Assembly (NCBI GenBank): GCA_964486045.1
Contig: CAZALK010000012.1
Coordinates: forward strand, 96,001-160,000
DNA length: 64,000 nucleotides
Source: an uncultured archaeon
GTDB taxonomy: Archaea; Asgardarchaeota; Lokiarchaeia; Sigyniarchaeales; SOKP01
Direction: 5' to 3'
Shown here: positions 39,691-49,718 of the stretch, in pieces
Numbering within the stretch: the stretch's first letter is position 1
Layout of the letters: each line of letters starts with the position of its first letter
Notes under the pieces: generated by a model
Database searches by the model: none
The model's input: only the letters and a program-made list of their open reading frames with translations
What the model was told of the DNA's origin: nothing
Program-made: the position numbers and the translations under genes

Positions 39691-40560
39691 TCAATTCAAT
39701 TTTTTCTCAAATAAAACCACAGCAAATGGCTCACCCTCATCGTATGAGAACCCTAAATTTTCAACCAAATTAACTATGTCTGGGGAGCAGAATACTACAT
39801 AAGTTTTATTTTCTGTATATTTAAATTCTTTTTGAAGAATATGTTTAATCAATTCAATTGCTAGTCTAGGTTTACCATAGACAATCATCCAAATCTCTTT
39901 CTCTTCTGGACTTTCTCTAATCGGAATACTTATTAATTTAACCTTTTGGAGTATTATCTTTGAATTTATAACGTACCATTCACCATCTTCGTCTAAAATA
40001 TATTTTAAAGGTTTATAATTCCACCCCATACATATCTCGTTTCCAACACCAATATTAAAATCTTTATAAAGCTCCTTAGCTTCAATTGCAGAAATTTTTC
40101 TAACGATTATATCGGGGGTATTAAAGGGCTTAATATCCGTTCGTTTTGCTTCTAAAACATTCATACTTTTTTTCTTTTTAAAACCAAAGTGCTTTGCTAA
40201 TGCTACAGAGCCTAAGTTTTTTGAAGATGTATCATATTGGGCTACTTTTATTTTTACACTAGAAGCATAATCGATTGCATACTTTGTCATCTCTCGACCA
40301 ATACCTTGTTTTTGATATTCGGTTTTTACTCTACCACCTTCAAGCCATGCTATTTCTTTATCAAACAGTTTTACTCTTCCAAATCCAACCAATTTCTCTC
40401 CTTTTTCGTCTATAAACGTCCCGTAATTCATACAATTTTGGTCTTGAAGCCAATTTTCTATAACTTGAGGAATATAATCTTCACCTTCCCAAATACCCTT
40501 ACTTATTTCTTTTATTGCGGGAACATCGTCAATAGTCAGTTTCCTGAAATATAGCTTCAT
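39691..40560 (-). CDS. GNAT-family N-acetyltransferase
   Basis: WEGEDYIP, WLEGGRV...YQKQGIG, NLGSVALAKHFGF. Confidence 0.85.
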   Translation of the reverse strand: MKLYFRKLTIDDVPAIKEISKGIWEGEDYIPQVIENWLQDQNCMNYGTFIDEKGEKLVGFGRVKLFDKEIAWLEGGRVKTEYQKQGIGREMTKYAIDYASSVKIKVAQYDTSSKNLGSVALAKHFGFKKKKSMNVLEAKRTDIKPFNTPDIIVRKISAIEAKELYKDFNIGVGNEICMGWNYKPLKYILDEDGEWYVINSKIILQKVKLISIPIRESPEEKEIWMIVYGKPRLAIELIKHILQKEFKYTENKTYVVFCSPDIVNLVENLGFSYDEGEPFAVVLFEKKLN

Positions 40561-40600
40561 AATATGTCTTTAATTTAATTAGCATTAATTAAAATTGTAA

Positions 40601-41200
40601 TCACTTAGTTTTAAAATACCTATTAACTAAATTAAAATAAATAAGAAATGCAATAATAGGATGGAGTATAAGGCAGTAAAAAAATCCTAAAGTTAAGAAG
40701 ATAAAACCCAAGAAAAGTCCAAGTAAAAAGGAGTAACTAAGAAATATCCCTAAAATCCTCATGTTCCTAAAAATAAACCAAGTATGAATATGATATAGAG
40801 AGAAAACCAAGCTTGAGATAATTAAAACCAAAATCATATTCAAGTCCAATGAATGAAATAAAATACTTATCAAATAATATCTAAAGATTAGTTCTTCCAT
40901 TATCATGGTTATGATGAATAGCAACAATGTAATTAATCTATCTTTTTTTTCAGTTAAAGATTTGATCACATCATGCTCCTTTATCGCTTCTAGGCTTAGA
41001 ATATTAAATCCATATACATCTATTAATTCACCTACGGAAAGAAGTATAACCAAGCCACCGAACAAGATAATTATTGCATATAAATTACTTACTTGGAGAA
41101 AAATCGTTTCAACAAATAATCCAAAAAAAATTGGAATAGTTAGGAGTGTGAAGACAACAACAATAATGACATACTTTCTTCTCTTTTCCAAAATGTTCAC
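40601..41200 (-). CDS. CPBP/Abi intramembrane metalloprotease
   Basis: EELIFR, FSLYH, LILH motifs. Confidence 0.8.
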   Translation of the reverse strand: MNILEKRRKYVIIVVVFTLLTIPIFFGLFVETIFLQVSNLYAIIILFGGLVILLSVGELIDVYGFNILSLEAIKEHDVIKSLTEKKDRLITLLLFIITMIMEELIFRYYLISILFHSLDLNMILVLIISSLVFSLYHIHTWFIFRNMRILGIFLSYSFLLGLFLGFIFLTLGFFYCLILHPIIAFLIYFNLVNRYFKTK

Positions 41201-41243
41201 TCCTCTAGGATGGGAATTTCAATCAACCTTCATCAAGAAAAGT

Positions 41244-41537
41244 TTAACTGGGATAGTCGTTTTTTGAACCCATAAGAGTAGTTGTCTCCTCAATCCATTG
41301 AGATAAATCATTATCTACTCTACAATATGTAACAATTTTATCCAAATCTTTTAATTTGCTGAAAGAACACTCAACAATAACATCCCAACCCCCATAGACG
41401 GGTGTTGCATAAGTAATTTTCCAATCCTCATCTTGATCAGATGATTTTAAATTTGTTAGTTTTTTTACAACTTCCCATTCAGTGCCGATTGCTTTTAACC
41501 TGATTAAAATATAACCTCGATAATACATAACCATCAT
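41244..41537 (-). CDS. Stand-alone Lrp/AsnC ligand-binding (RAM) domain protein
   Basis: YILI..GTE.EV, VYGGWDVIVE, ETTTL. Confidence 0.7.
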   Translation of the reverse strand: MMVMYYRGYILIRLKAIGTEWEVVKKLTNLKSSDQDEDWKITYATPVYGGWDVIVECSFSKLKDLDKIVTYCRVDNDLSQWIEETTTLMGSKNDYPS

Positions 41538-41843
41538 TTATTTCTATTTTTCTTTTATTTAAAATATTCTCAATTCTCATTAATAATCTAAATAAACGTT
41601 TAGAATTACTTAAAATAGGTGTTTTGACTTTTTTGTTTTACTCAACTTTATAAATATTTTCTTTCATTTGATAGTAAGATGCTTAAAATCGATTCTACGA
41701 TGAACTTGGAAACATGCAATTTAAGATTATTCCAATGGCATTTTTTGAATCTTCTAGCTTAAACCGATGGTGGTAATCACGTCAAATAAATCAAAGGATT
41801 TGCATTATTATTAGAATCAAAATACAAATCTCTGGTATTAACT

Positions 41844-42881
41844 ATGTTGAGACAAATATATTTTATCTTGGAGAATGAAATAATATATCATAGAAGTTAT
41901 TCCAAAGGTATAGAATCATCCCTTTTAATAAATGTGTACCTGAACATTAAAAAAGATGCATTTGCAAAATTTGGAGAGGAAACGGGAACGTATGAATTTT
42001 TTGATTCAAGAATTCTTTATACTGTTGATAAGGAACTCAATTTGTTAATTCTTTTTGTCCTAGGATTTTCTGATGAGATAGAGACGGCTAAACCTCATCT
42101 ATTAAGAATTAAGAAAATTTTTTTAGAATCAAATATCCAAAATATAAGAGAAAATAATTTTTCTTCAAAAAATGTTGAGTTCAATTCTATTCTTGATGAA
42201 ATACAAAGAAGCCTTAGGGCAAAAATATCTATAGTTGGGCTTTCCGGTGTCGGAAAGACTACGACGACGCAATTAATAAAAGCAGAAGAGATCCCGATAG
42301 AACATGTTCCGACAATTACAGGAAAAGTTGCTACAATCAAACTTGAAGGAATAAATCTATCTATTTGGGATTTCGCAGGTCAAAATGAGTTTGATTATCT
42401 TTGGGAGAATTTTCTAGCTGGAACAGATGCTATTCTTTTAATGACTGAGTCTACCAGTGAAAATATTGAAAAAAGTAAGCGATTTATAGAAATATCAAAT
42501 AAAGTTGCTCCATTTGCACGATTAGCTGTTATAGCTAATAAACAAGACTTACCTGGTGCAATGAAAGTAGAAGAAATTGAAAAGTTAATGGGAAGTAAAG
42601 TATATGGATTTGTGGCTATTGCTCCAGATAGTCGAGATAAAATGATAAGAATTATCGCAGATCTCTTGGACATGAACCCCCAAGTATCGCCATTGTTGAA
42701 ACCAATATTTGAAAGAGATATTCTAATTAATAAAGGAAATAATGCCTTAGAACAGGGAAATCTCGAGGAAGCTGTAAATTTCTTCGATAGAGTAATTTCT
42801 AAATGCGTTGAGATTGGAGATGATTCTCAGGCTACAGAATTTAGATCTAAAGCCGACAAGTTAAGAATATTTCTAAAGTAG
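41844..42881 (+). CDS. Arf-like small GTPase with N-terminal longin-like and C-terminal helical (TPR/MIT-like) domains
   Basis: GLSGVGKTT, PTI, WDFAGQ, ANKQDL. Confidence 0.85.
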   Translation: MLRQIYFILENEIIYHRSYSKGIESSLLINVYLNIKKDAFAKFGEETGTYEFFDSRILYTVDKELNLLILFVLGFSDEIETAKPHLLRIKKIFLESNIQNIRENNFSSKNVEFNSILDEIQRSLRAKISIVGLSGVGKTTTTQLIKAEEIPIEHVPTITGKVATIKLEGINLSIWDFAGQNEFDYLWENFLAGTDAILLMTESTSENIEKSKRFIEISNKVAPFARLAVIANKQDLPGAMKVEEIEKLMGSKVYGFVAIAPDSRDKMIRIIADLLDMNPQVSPLLKPIFERDILINKGNNALEQGNLEEAVNFFDRVISKCVEIGDDSQATEFRSKADKLRIFLK

Positions 42882-43115
42882 AATACAAATCTGGCTAAAA
42901 TCACAGTGAAAACTATACACGTTCCATTAGCTAGTAATCTATAAGTAGAAAAGCTTACTTACCGCAAATTATTTATAAATACTAAAATCATAAAGAAAGA
43001 GCTTGTTTCTTTTGCTTTGCTCAAGTTTAAATATATTTTCTTTTACTTGATAATAAGAATTATTAACACTATATCGAAATAATAAATCTAAACAAAGAAT
43101 TAAATTGTAATAATA

Positions 43116-44030
43116 ATGGCCACCAAAATTGTTATCATAGGAAAACCTGAAATGGGCAAAACAACCATAAAGAAGGTTATATTCGAGGGAGAAGACCCCA
43201 ATGAGCTCATATTATTTCCACTGGAAGCTACTATCGGTATTAAGTATTCCATACATGAATTTATGAATTCTAAAGTTAGTTTAATTGACGCTCCTGGACA
43301 ATCATTACAGTTCATTTTAGAAGATGAACAGAAACAGTTGATAGTTTTTGGGGATAGTAGCGCGATTATTTATGTCTTTGATTATCCTACATGGATTTCA
43401 GACTCTCAAGATGTTATTGATGATATTAAAAAAATTTATGCAATCAAAAAGAAACATGAGTCTGATGCAAAAATTATTCTTTTTCTCCATAAAGTTGATC
43501 TCCTTATTAAGAAAAAAATAGGAAGTATGCTTGCCCTGATAAAAAGACAAATAATTAAACAATTAGAGCTCCCTGAGGAAATTCCTATTTATTTTACAAG
43601 CTTACATCCTAATCTAATTTATACTACGTTTAATGCAATTTCTAATACAATTAGCATTTTCTCAAAAGATACATCAACTTTAAAAGAAATCATCAAAAAA
43701 CTATTAAAAAACTTATCTAAGACTAGTTTCTTTGTATCAAATAATGATGATAATCTTGTTCTACAAGAAACAACGACCGACTTTGATAATAGTTTAATGT
43801 ATTATATATATGAGAAAATTTATCAACAAGCGAAATCATCAGAGAAAATTACTTCAAGTACTAAACTGGTAAGTCTTGGCTCTAAGTTGTTAACTATGAG
43901 GATAGAAAACATAGGATCTTTTCATTCTAATTTTAATAATTTGATCATTTTCTCAGAAGTATTAGAGAAAGATGATATGGCTGGAATAATAGATGAATTA
44001 AAGAAGGAATTAAGTCAATATTTTAATTAA
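43116..44030 (+). CDS. Rag/Gtr-like GTPase with C-terminal roadblock-like domain
   Basis: GKPEMGKTTIKKVIF, LEATIGI, DAPGQ, IYVFD, HKVD (Rag-type G4), TSL. Confidence 0.75.
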   Translation: MATKIVIIGKPEMGKTTIKKVIFEGEDPNELILFPLEATIGIKYSIHEFMNSKVSLIDAPGQSLQFILEDEQKQLIVFGDSSAIIYVFDYPTWISDSQDVIDDIKKIYAIKKKHESDAKIILFLHKVDLLIKKKIGSMLALIKRQIIKQLELPEEIPIYFTSLHPNLIYTTFNAISNTISIFSKDTSTLKEIIKKLLKNLSKTSFFVSNNDDNLVLQETTTDFDNSLMYYIYEKIYQQAKSSEKITSSTKLVSLGSKLLTMRIENIGSFHSNFNNLIIFSEVLEKDDMAGIIDELKKELSQYFN

Positions 44031-44057
44031 TCCTAAATCATTATTACGATGTAGAAA

Positions 44058-45110
44058 ATGTTACGGCAAGTCTTTATAGTTGTAAATGACAAATTATCTT
44101 ATCAGAGGAGTTATGCCAAGGGTTTAGAGATTTCTCTTTTTACAAGTGTGTTTCAAAAAGTCAAGAAAGTAGCACTTTCTAAATTTAGCAGTGAAACAGG
44201 ATCATATGAATTTTTTGAATATAAGCTATCCTATGTAGTCGAAGACGAATTCAATCTCATTTTACTTTTTGTGTCAGGATTGGGTGATGATTTTAAAGAC
44301 ATAGAACCCCAACTAAAGAAATTTAAAAAAGAATTTGTAGATTTTTATGGAGACACCTTGAAAACTGAGAATTTTGAAATAATAAATGAGGTTCTTGACC
44401 CGATTGTAGATAGTATTCACAGGAATTTAAAACCTAAAATCTCAATTATTGGCTTTTCTGGTGTTGGGAAGACAACGACAACTAAATTAATAAAATCAGA
44501 GGAAATTCCTATGCAACACATTCCTACGATTACTGGTGAGGTAGCTACTATTAAAATCGGCAAATTAGTCTTTTTCTTATGGGATTTTGCAGGACAAGAA
44601 CATTATGATTTTCTGTGGGAGAAATTTATAAGAGGAAGCGATGCGGTACTTCTGATGACTGATTCAACCTTAGAAAATCTTGAGAAAAGCCGATTTTTTT
44701 TTGGGTTAGTTAATAAGGCAGTTCCATCGGCTCGTCTCGCAATAATAGCTAATAAACAAGATTTAACAGGAGCGATGAAGGTCGAAGAAATAGAACGATT
44801 AATGGGAAATAAAACCTATTCAATGGTAGCAATTGAACCGAATAATCGATCTAAAATGATCCGAATAATTGCAGATCTATTAGATATGGACACGGGAGTA
44901 TCACCTTTATTGCAACCTATCTTTGAAAGAGACACATTAATGGATAAAGCTCAAAAAATATTAGAACAGGGGGATTTTGGTGAGGCTGTTGCAATATTTG
45001 AAAAAATTAGTAATATCTGTCTTGATTTAGGAGATGACTCTTTAGCTCTTGAATTTCAAAATAAAAGCGAGAAAATTAGTAAAATGTTAAAGTCTTTAGG
45101 TAATAATTGA
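44058..45110 (+). CDS. Arf-like small GTPase with longin-like N-terminus, paralog of 41844..42881
   Basis: GFSGVGKTT, WDFAGQ, ANKQDL. Collinear similarity to 41844..42881. Confidence 0.85.
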   Translation: MLRQVFIVVNDKLSYQRSYAKGLEISLFTSVFQKVKKVALSKFSSETGSYEFFEYKLSYVVEDEFNLILLFVSGLGDDFKDIEPQLKKFKKEFVDFYGDTLKTENFEIINEVLDPIVDSIHRNLKPKISIIGFSGVGKTTTTKLIKSEEIPMQHIPTITGEVATIKIGKLVFFLWDFAGQEHYDFLWEKFIRGSDAVLLMTDSTLENLEKSRFFFGLVNKAVPSARLAIIANKQDLTGAMKVEEIERLMGNKTYSMVAIEPNNRSKMIRIIADLLDMDTGVSPLLQPIFERDTLMDKAQKILEQGDFGEAVAIFEKISNICLDLGDDSLALEFQNKSEKISKMLKSLGNN

Positions 45111-45148
45111 ATTCAAAATTGATTCTTCTAAGATTTATTGATGATTCT

Positions 45149-46810
45149 CTACCAAGTTCTTGTTAAATTTTGCATCAAAACCAAGACTTCCTTATTTCCA
45201 AGAGGAACAATATTAGATTGAAAAACAATTTGATTATTATTAACTGGTAAAATAAATTTCAGATTCTTAGAAGTTTTATCCTGAAGAGAGTTTTCTATCT
45301 TTTCCTGAACTAGTTCAGCAATTTCTTGTGGTAAAACTTCAGCTATATTTTTTCCTAGAAAATCATTTGTTGAAAATATTTGCTCTCCTATTTTTTCAAT
45401 TTTCGTATCTAATTTAAAATCTAGCAAAACTCCAGTTTTTGAAATTCTAAAAATTGAAAATGGAACATGTTTAAAGAGAATACTATTTCTTAGTTCACTT
45501 TCATGCAATTTTTCCCTATTTTGCATTCTTTCTATAGCTGTACCTAGTTCTAATCCGATGGTAATGATAAGTTCCATTTCCTCCGGTAATAGTGGTTTAT
45601 TGTTTTGAAAAATCATGTTTATAGAACCAATGATTTCAAATTTTGAAAATAATGGGATAACTGCTGTAGAAGAGAGATCCATCCCTTCAAAAAATTTATC
45701 TGATGATTCAGGAAAATTATTATTGATGAGTGCTACACCCTTTATAAAGACGATATCGTAAGGATTTTTATTTATTTCTAATTCATGGTTTTCTATGAAA
45801 AAATGTGAAGGAAATCCCTTTTGAACCTTAATTCTTGCTACCTTCTCATGCTTATCAGTAAGAAAAATGGCGCATCCTTTAAGGTTAAATAAATCTATGA
45901 AGCTATCAAGTATTTTAGATAATAATCCTGATAAATTATTAGCTTGGTTAGCTATACTTATGATTTTGTTTAAAATATCTGTTTTTTTTACTTGTTCTTT
46001 GAGTTTATCTTCGATAATGTGTATATCCGTTATATCATGAAAAAGATATTGAATAAAAAATTGATCTGCTAACTGGGTTTCATTAACAGTTACCTCTAAA
46101 TACATATGAGTGCCTGTTGATTTTTTAATTCTCGAAATGATGGGGGGCGGTTGGTCAATCAGATGCTTAATCATGTTTGGATCCACTAATCCTTCATCAA
46201 ATAAATCAAACTGTAGAGCTTTAATTCCGATAATTTCTTCCCTTTTTTTTTCGATTAATTTTTCAGCTTCTAAATTCACATCAATAAGTATCCCTGAATC
46301 CCTATTCATTATTAGAATTGCATCTCGTGCTGCCTTAAATAGAGCTTGATATCGATGCTCAGCCATAACTAAGGTTTTTACTGCCGGTTTAACGGATTCG
46401 AAGTAGGAATAAAAGAAACTTTTAATTTCATTTAATTTATTAATATCGGCTTTGAAGTCTTTTGGTTCATGATCAAATGCTTTATGAGCATCATCAATTT
46501 TAATGATATATTGAGCAAATCCAGCGAGAAGTTCATTGGCAAGTATTAAAGTTAGGTTCACGCTTGACTCAGTTACCAACGAAAGTAAAAGACTCTCATA
46601 TCCCCCTCTAGCAAAAGGACTCCTGAGTTTGAAAAACAAATTTGCTGTTTTAAATTCCCCAAATATATGCATATATACACCTTGGGTTGGAAGATCCATC
46701 AAAGTCGGAATTTTACTCAGGATTTCACCCTCTAATGACTTAGGTGCTTTTAAAACTATTGTGGGTCCGTATAATGGGTCAAAACGACTGAGAATTAATG
46801 CTGTTTCCAA
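45149..46810 (-). CDS. Sensor protein: longin/uDENN-like + PAS + GAF + PAS, no kinase output
   Basis: N-terminal LILSRFDPLYGPTI...ARGGYESLLLSL, PAS (YQALF..ARDAI..DVN), GAF (VIPLFSKFEIIGSI), C-terminal PAS. Confidence 0.65.
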   Translation of the reverse strand: METALILSRFDPLYGPTIVLKAPKSLEGEILSKIPTLMDLPTQGVYMHIFGEFKTANLFFKLRSPFARGGYESLLLSLVTESSVNLTLILANELLAGFAQYIIKIDDAHKAFDHEPKDFKADINKLNEIKSFFYSYFESVKPAVKTLVMAEHRYQALFKAARDAILIMNRDSGILIDVNLEAEKLIEKKREEIIGIKALQFDLFDEGLVDPNMIKHLIDQPPPIISRIKKSTGTHMYLEVTVNETQLADQFFIQYLFHDITDIHIIEDKLKEQVKKTDILNKIISIANQANNLSGLLSKILDSFIDLFNLKGCAIFLTDKHEKVARIKVQKGFPSHFFIENHELEINKNPYDIVFIKGVALINNNFPESSDKFFEGMDLSSTAVIPLFSKFEIIGSINMIFQNNKPLLPEEMELIITIGLELGTAIERMQNREKLHESELRNSILFKHVPFSIFRISKTGVLLDFKLDTKIEKIGEQIFSTNDFLGKNIAEVLPQEIAELVQEKIENSLQDKTSKNLKFILPVNNNQIVFQSNIVPLGNKEVLVLMQNLTRTW

Positions 46811-47069
46811 GATTTCTCACATGTTTAATGTAGATATTCTCGATTTTAAAGTGAATATTGAATTATTTAAAATTATGGTTAATAAATTATTTTAAATTAT
46901 ATTACAATAGTGAATTTATCTGAATTTAAAGGTTTGTTTCAATAGGTAATCCCATTAATCAAATAAAAAGAATTTTACGATTATTAGGTATATATAAAAA
47001 TTACACAATAAGATATATCACCAAACAAATAATACTAATCTTATAAAACGATCAAAACATTACCTAATT

Positions 47070-47735
47070 ATGACTATGGAAGAATATTTACAACCAACAG
47101 AATTTTTTGATTCTGATAATGGTACAGTAACTGAAAAGGCTAAAGAAATAACAAAGGGATTAAAAACAGAAAAAGAGAAAGCCATCGCTTTGTTTTATTG
47201 GGTAAGAAATGAAATCAGGTATAATATGCGTTTATTTATCCCAAAAATTAAAAAGAATTTTATAGCAAGCAATGTGATACAGGAACGGCAAGGATTTTGT
47301 GTATCGAAAAGCATATTGCTATCAACATTAGCAAGATCTATTGGGATTCCCGCTCGTATTCATCTAGTTGACTTAATTAACCATAAAATCTCTCAGAAAG
47401 TCAAAGATTTAATGAGAACCAATGTAATGCATTATCATGGCTACAGCGAATTTTACTTAAACGGGAAATGGGTGAAATTAACCCCATCATTTGATGAAGA
47501 AACCGCAATTAGAGGAGGTTTTCTACCTATGTGTGAATTTGACGGTGAGAAGGATGCTGTATTTCCTCCTTATTGTCATGATGGATCGAGGTTTGGGGAA
47601 TATGTTATGGATCGAGGAGTTCATGCTGATTTGCCACTCGATGATATAGATAAAGTTTTCCAAAAGAAGTACGGAATGTTTAAACAAGTTGATAAAAGCA
47701 CTGTACAACCAAATAAAACAAATAATTTATTATAA
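47070..47735 (+). CDS. Transglutaminase-like protein
   Basis: YLQPTEFFDSD, GFCVSKS Cys, HGYSEFYLNGKWV. Confidence 0.85.
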   Translation: MTMEEYLQPTEFFDSDNGTVTEKAKEITKGLKTEKEKAIALFYWVRNEIRYNMRLFIPKIKKNFIASNVIQERQGFCVSKSILLSTLARSIGIPARIHLVDLINHKISQKVKDLMRTNVMHYHGYSEFYLNGKWVKLTPSFDEETAIRGGFLPMCEFDGEKDAVFPPYCHDGSRFGEYVMDRGVHADLPLDDIDKVFQKKYGMFKQVDKSTVQPNKTNNLL

Positions 47736-47740
47736 AATAA

Positions 47741-48658
47741 CTATTTAAAATATTTATCTTTTAAACCGAGTTTTCTTAGAAAAATATTATACTTTCCTAA
47801 TTTTCCCCCATAGTTACCAGCAGAGACTTTCAAGAGTCCATCCATATCAATAATCCCCTCAATTACTTTTGTCATTGATTTTTCAACTATTTTAATATCT
47901 AGGGCATTAAAAATGATTTCTGGGATTGATTTGACACCCAAAGGAACTTTAAAATCTTCTGGGGGCAACCTATCCTTCAATGTTGGGCAATAGGGATGAT
48001 TAGTTGACGGTCCAATTTCGGGGAAACTTGTTTCAGGTTTTGAGCCAGCTGAACAAACGTCAAAGGTCGTACAGACATCATCAATTTCAGCAAGTATCTT
48101 TACAGCTTCTCTCCCAACTTTTATTCCTGCATCCGTCGATTTGCAAAATAACCATAAATTACCTCCCATAACACCAGGGGCATAAGAGAGTTCTTCTTCA
48201 ATTAAAAAATCATAACCCATCATTATTGGTACCGAAATTAGATTTCGGTCATATTTTGCAACAATCCATTCATAGCCATCTCCACAATGTCCTACATTTT
48301 CCATCATTCTGAATTTTTTTTCAGTTGTTCCAGGATAGTGATCGAATACGGCAGTAGTGGGAACTACAAGGATACCCTGTCTCATTCTCCTTCCCAGTTG
48401 ATTATAGAATTTTGCTGTCGCCTTTTTCCCAGTGCCAGTCACCCATAATTGAACAACCGCTCCTAATCTACTATCAATGGTTTCATCTTTACTAAGCCAT
48501 CTTACAACTCCCCCTTCTGCATCCCCAAATACCGTTGAAGGAAGCGCTGTAAACGCATTTACGGCCCTGTTTAAGAATTCACCATCTTGAGCAGTCACCA
48601 TTAATTGAACACAGAGCCCCTCAAATGCCTCACAGTATGTATCATCAATTATTACCAT
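47741..48658 (-). CDS. ftr: Formylmethanofuran--tetrahydromethanopterin N-formyltransferase
   Basis: IDDTYCEAF, GDGYE, GVMGGN, GSK, STNHPYCPTL, SAGNYGGKLG. Confidence 0.9.
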   Translation of the reverse strand: MVIIDDTYCEAFEGLCVQLMVTAQDGEFLNRAVNAFTALPSTVFGDAEGGVVRWLSKDETIDSRLGAVVQLWVTGTGKKATAKFYNQLGRRMRQGILVVPTTAVFDHYPGTTEKKFRMMENVGHCGDGYEWIVAKYDRNLISVPIMMGYDFLIEEELSYAPGVMGGNLWLFCKSTDAGIKVGREAVKILAEIDDVCTTFDVCSAGSKPETSFPEIGPSTNHPYCPTLKDRLPPEDFKVPLGVKSIPEIIFNALDIKIVEKSMTKVIEGIIDMDGLLKVSAGNYGGKLGKYNIFLRKLGLKDKYFK

Positions 48659-48793
48659 TTTCAACAATCAAAAATTTAGTTTTTCTAGTATTTTTAAGAT
48701 ATTACACAATCGAATAAAAATTTAAATCAAAAGCTTATTAATTCTATAATATTAAATTAAGTACTAGAAATACATACACAGAGATCAAAAGAT

Positions 48794-49717
48794 ATGCCCC
48801 GTGCAATAATTCTATATGAAATTGATAAATCATTCGGCCCAAATATTTTAGCTGAGTATTATTTAAAACAGGATGATAAGATACCAGCCACAATATTGAA
48901 GGAATTTTCCGAAAAGCATGTAAAAAAGGGTTACCCAGATGTATCTATTCGAAAAGATGAGGATCGTTTTTATTCAAGTATTATTAATACCGAATCTATT
49001 CAAAAAGAAAATCTCTATTTAAGTTTTATCTTACAAGAAGGAGAGGATCTCATCTCATTAAAGAGCATTTTTGAAAATATTGAAACTAAAGTTATTCAAG
49101 AATTTTCGACCGATAAGCAAAAGATGACCGAAATCCTCAAAAATGGTCTAAATTCAATATTAAATTTAATTCAAAAATTGCAAGAACCAAAAATTATAAA
49201 GGAAATATTGAATGAAAGAACAAAAAAAATGCTTGATGATAGTTTGCTCCAAGAAGCTAGAGAATTGATTGATCTAGGTGAAGAAATCCCTGAAAAACTC
49301 GCTGATGAGGTGAAAGTTGCTGAAGGATTATTGAAAAATAAAGAATATAGGAAAGCAAGAAAAAATTTTTTGAAAGCTTCAGAATTAGCAGTGCTTATTC
49401 AAGAGGAAGAAATTGCTTCATTCTTACAGAATAAAGCTGAACATGTTGGGACATTCCCCGACTTACTCAAAGAGCGTGATAATCTAAATAGAGAAATTCA
49501 GAAAATAACAGGTGAATTAGAGGGTAACAAATTGTATTTATATGATCTACTTATTGATCCTATTCATAGATTAATCGAAATTTCAAACGATTTGGAAGAA
49601 GACGAAATATCTGGTGAGTTGATGAAATTTAAAAATAATGCACAAAGAGGTTCTCAGTTAGCAAAGGATTTAGAGGGCATAGATAATAAGATAAAAGAAA
49701 TTTTGAATAAAATATAG
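48794..49717 (+). CDS. Longin/uDENN-like N-terminal domain fused to a helical (TPR/MIT-like) region
   Basis: AIILYEIDKSFGPNILAEY N-terminus, followed by a helical repeat region. Confidence 0.55.
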   Translation: MPRAIILYEIDKSFGPNILAEYYLKQDDKIPATILKEFSEKHVKKGYPDVSIRKDEDRFYSSIINTESIQKENLYLSFILQEGEDLISLKSIFENIETKVIQEFSTDKQKMTEILKNGLNSILNLIQKLQEPKIIKEILNERTKKMLDDSLLQEARELIDLGEEIPEKLADEVKVAEGLLKNKEYRKARKNFLKASELAVLIQEEEIASFLQNKAEHVGTFPDLLKERDNLNREIQKITGELEGNKLYLYDLLIDPIHRLIEISNDLEEDEISGELMKFKNNAQRGSQLAKDLEGIDNKIKEILNKI

Positions 49718-49718
49718 A

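Noticed and set aside
41640-41840. Intergenic region upstream of the GTPase cluster as a possible ncRNA or SECIS
   Set aside because: TTGGAA/TTCCAA pairing is present, but there is no GA core, no upstream Sec gene and no C/D boxes.
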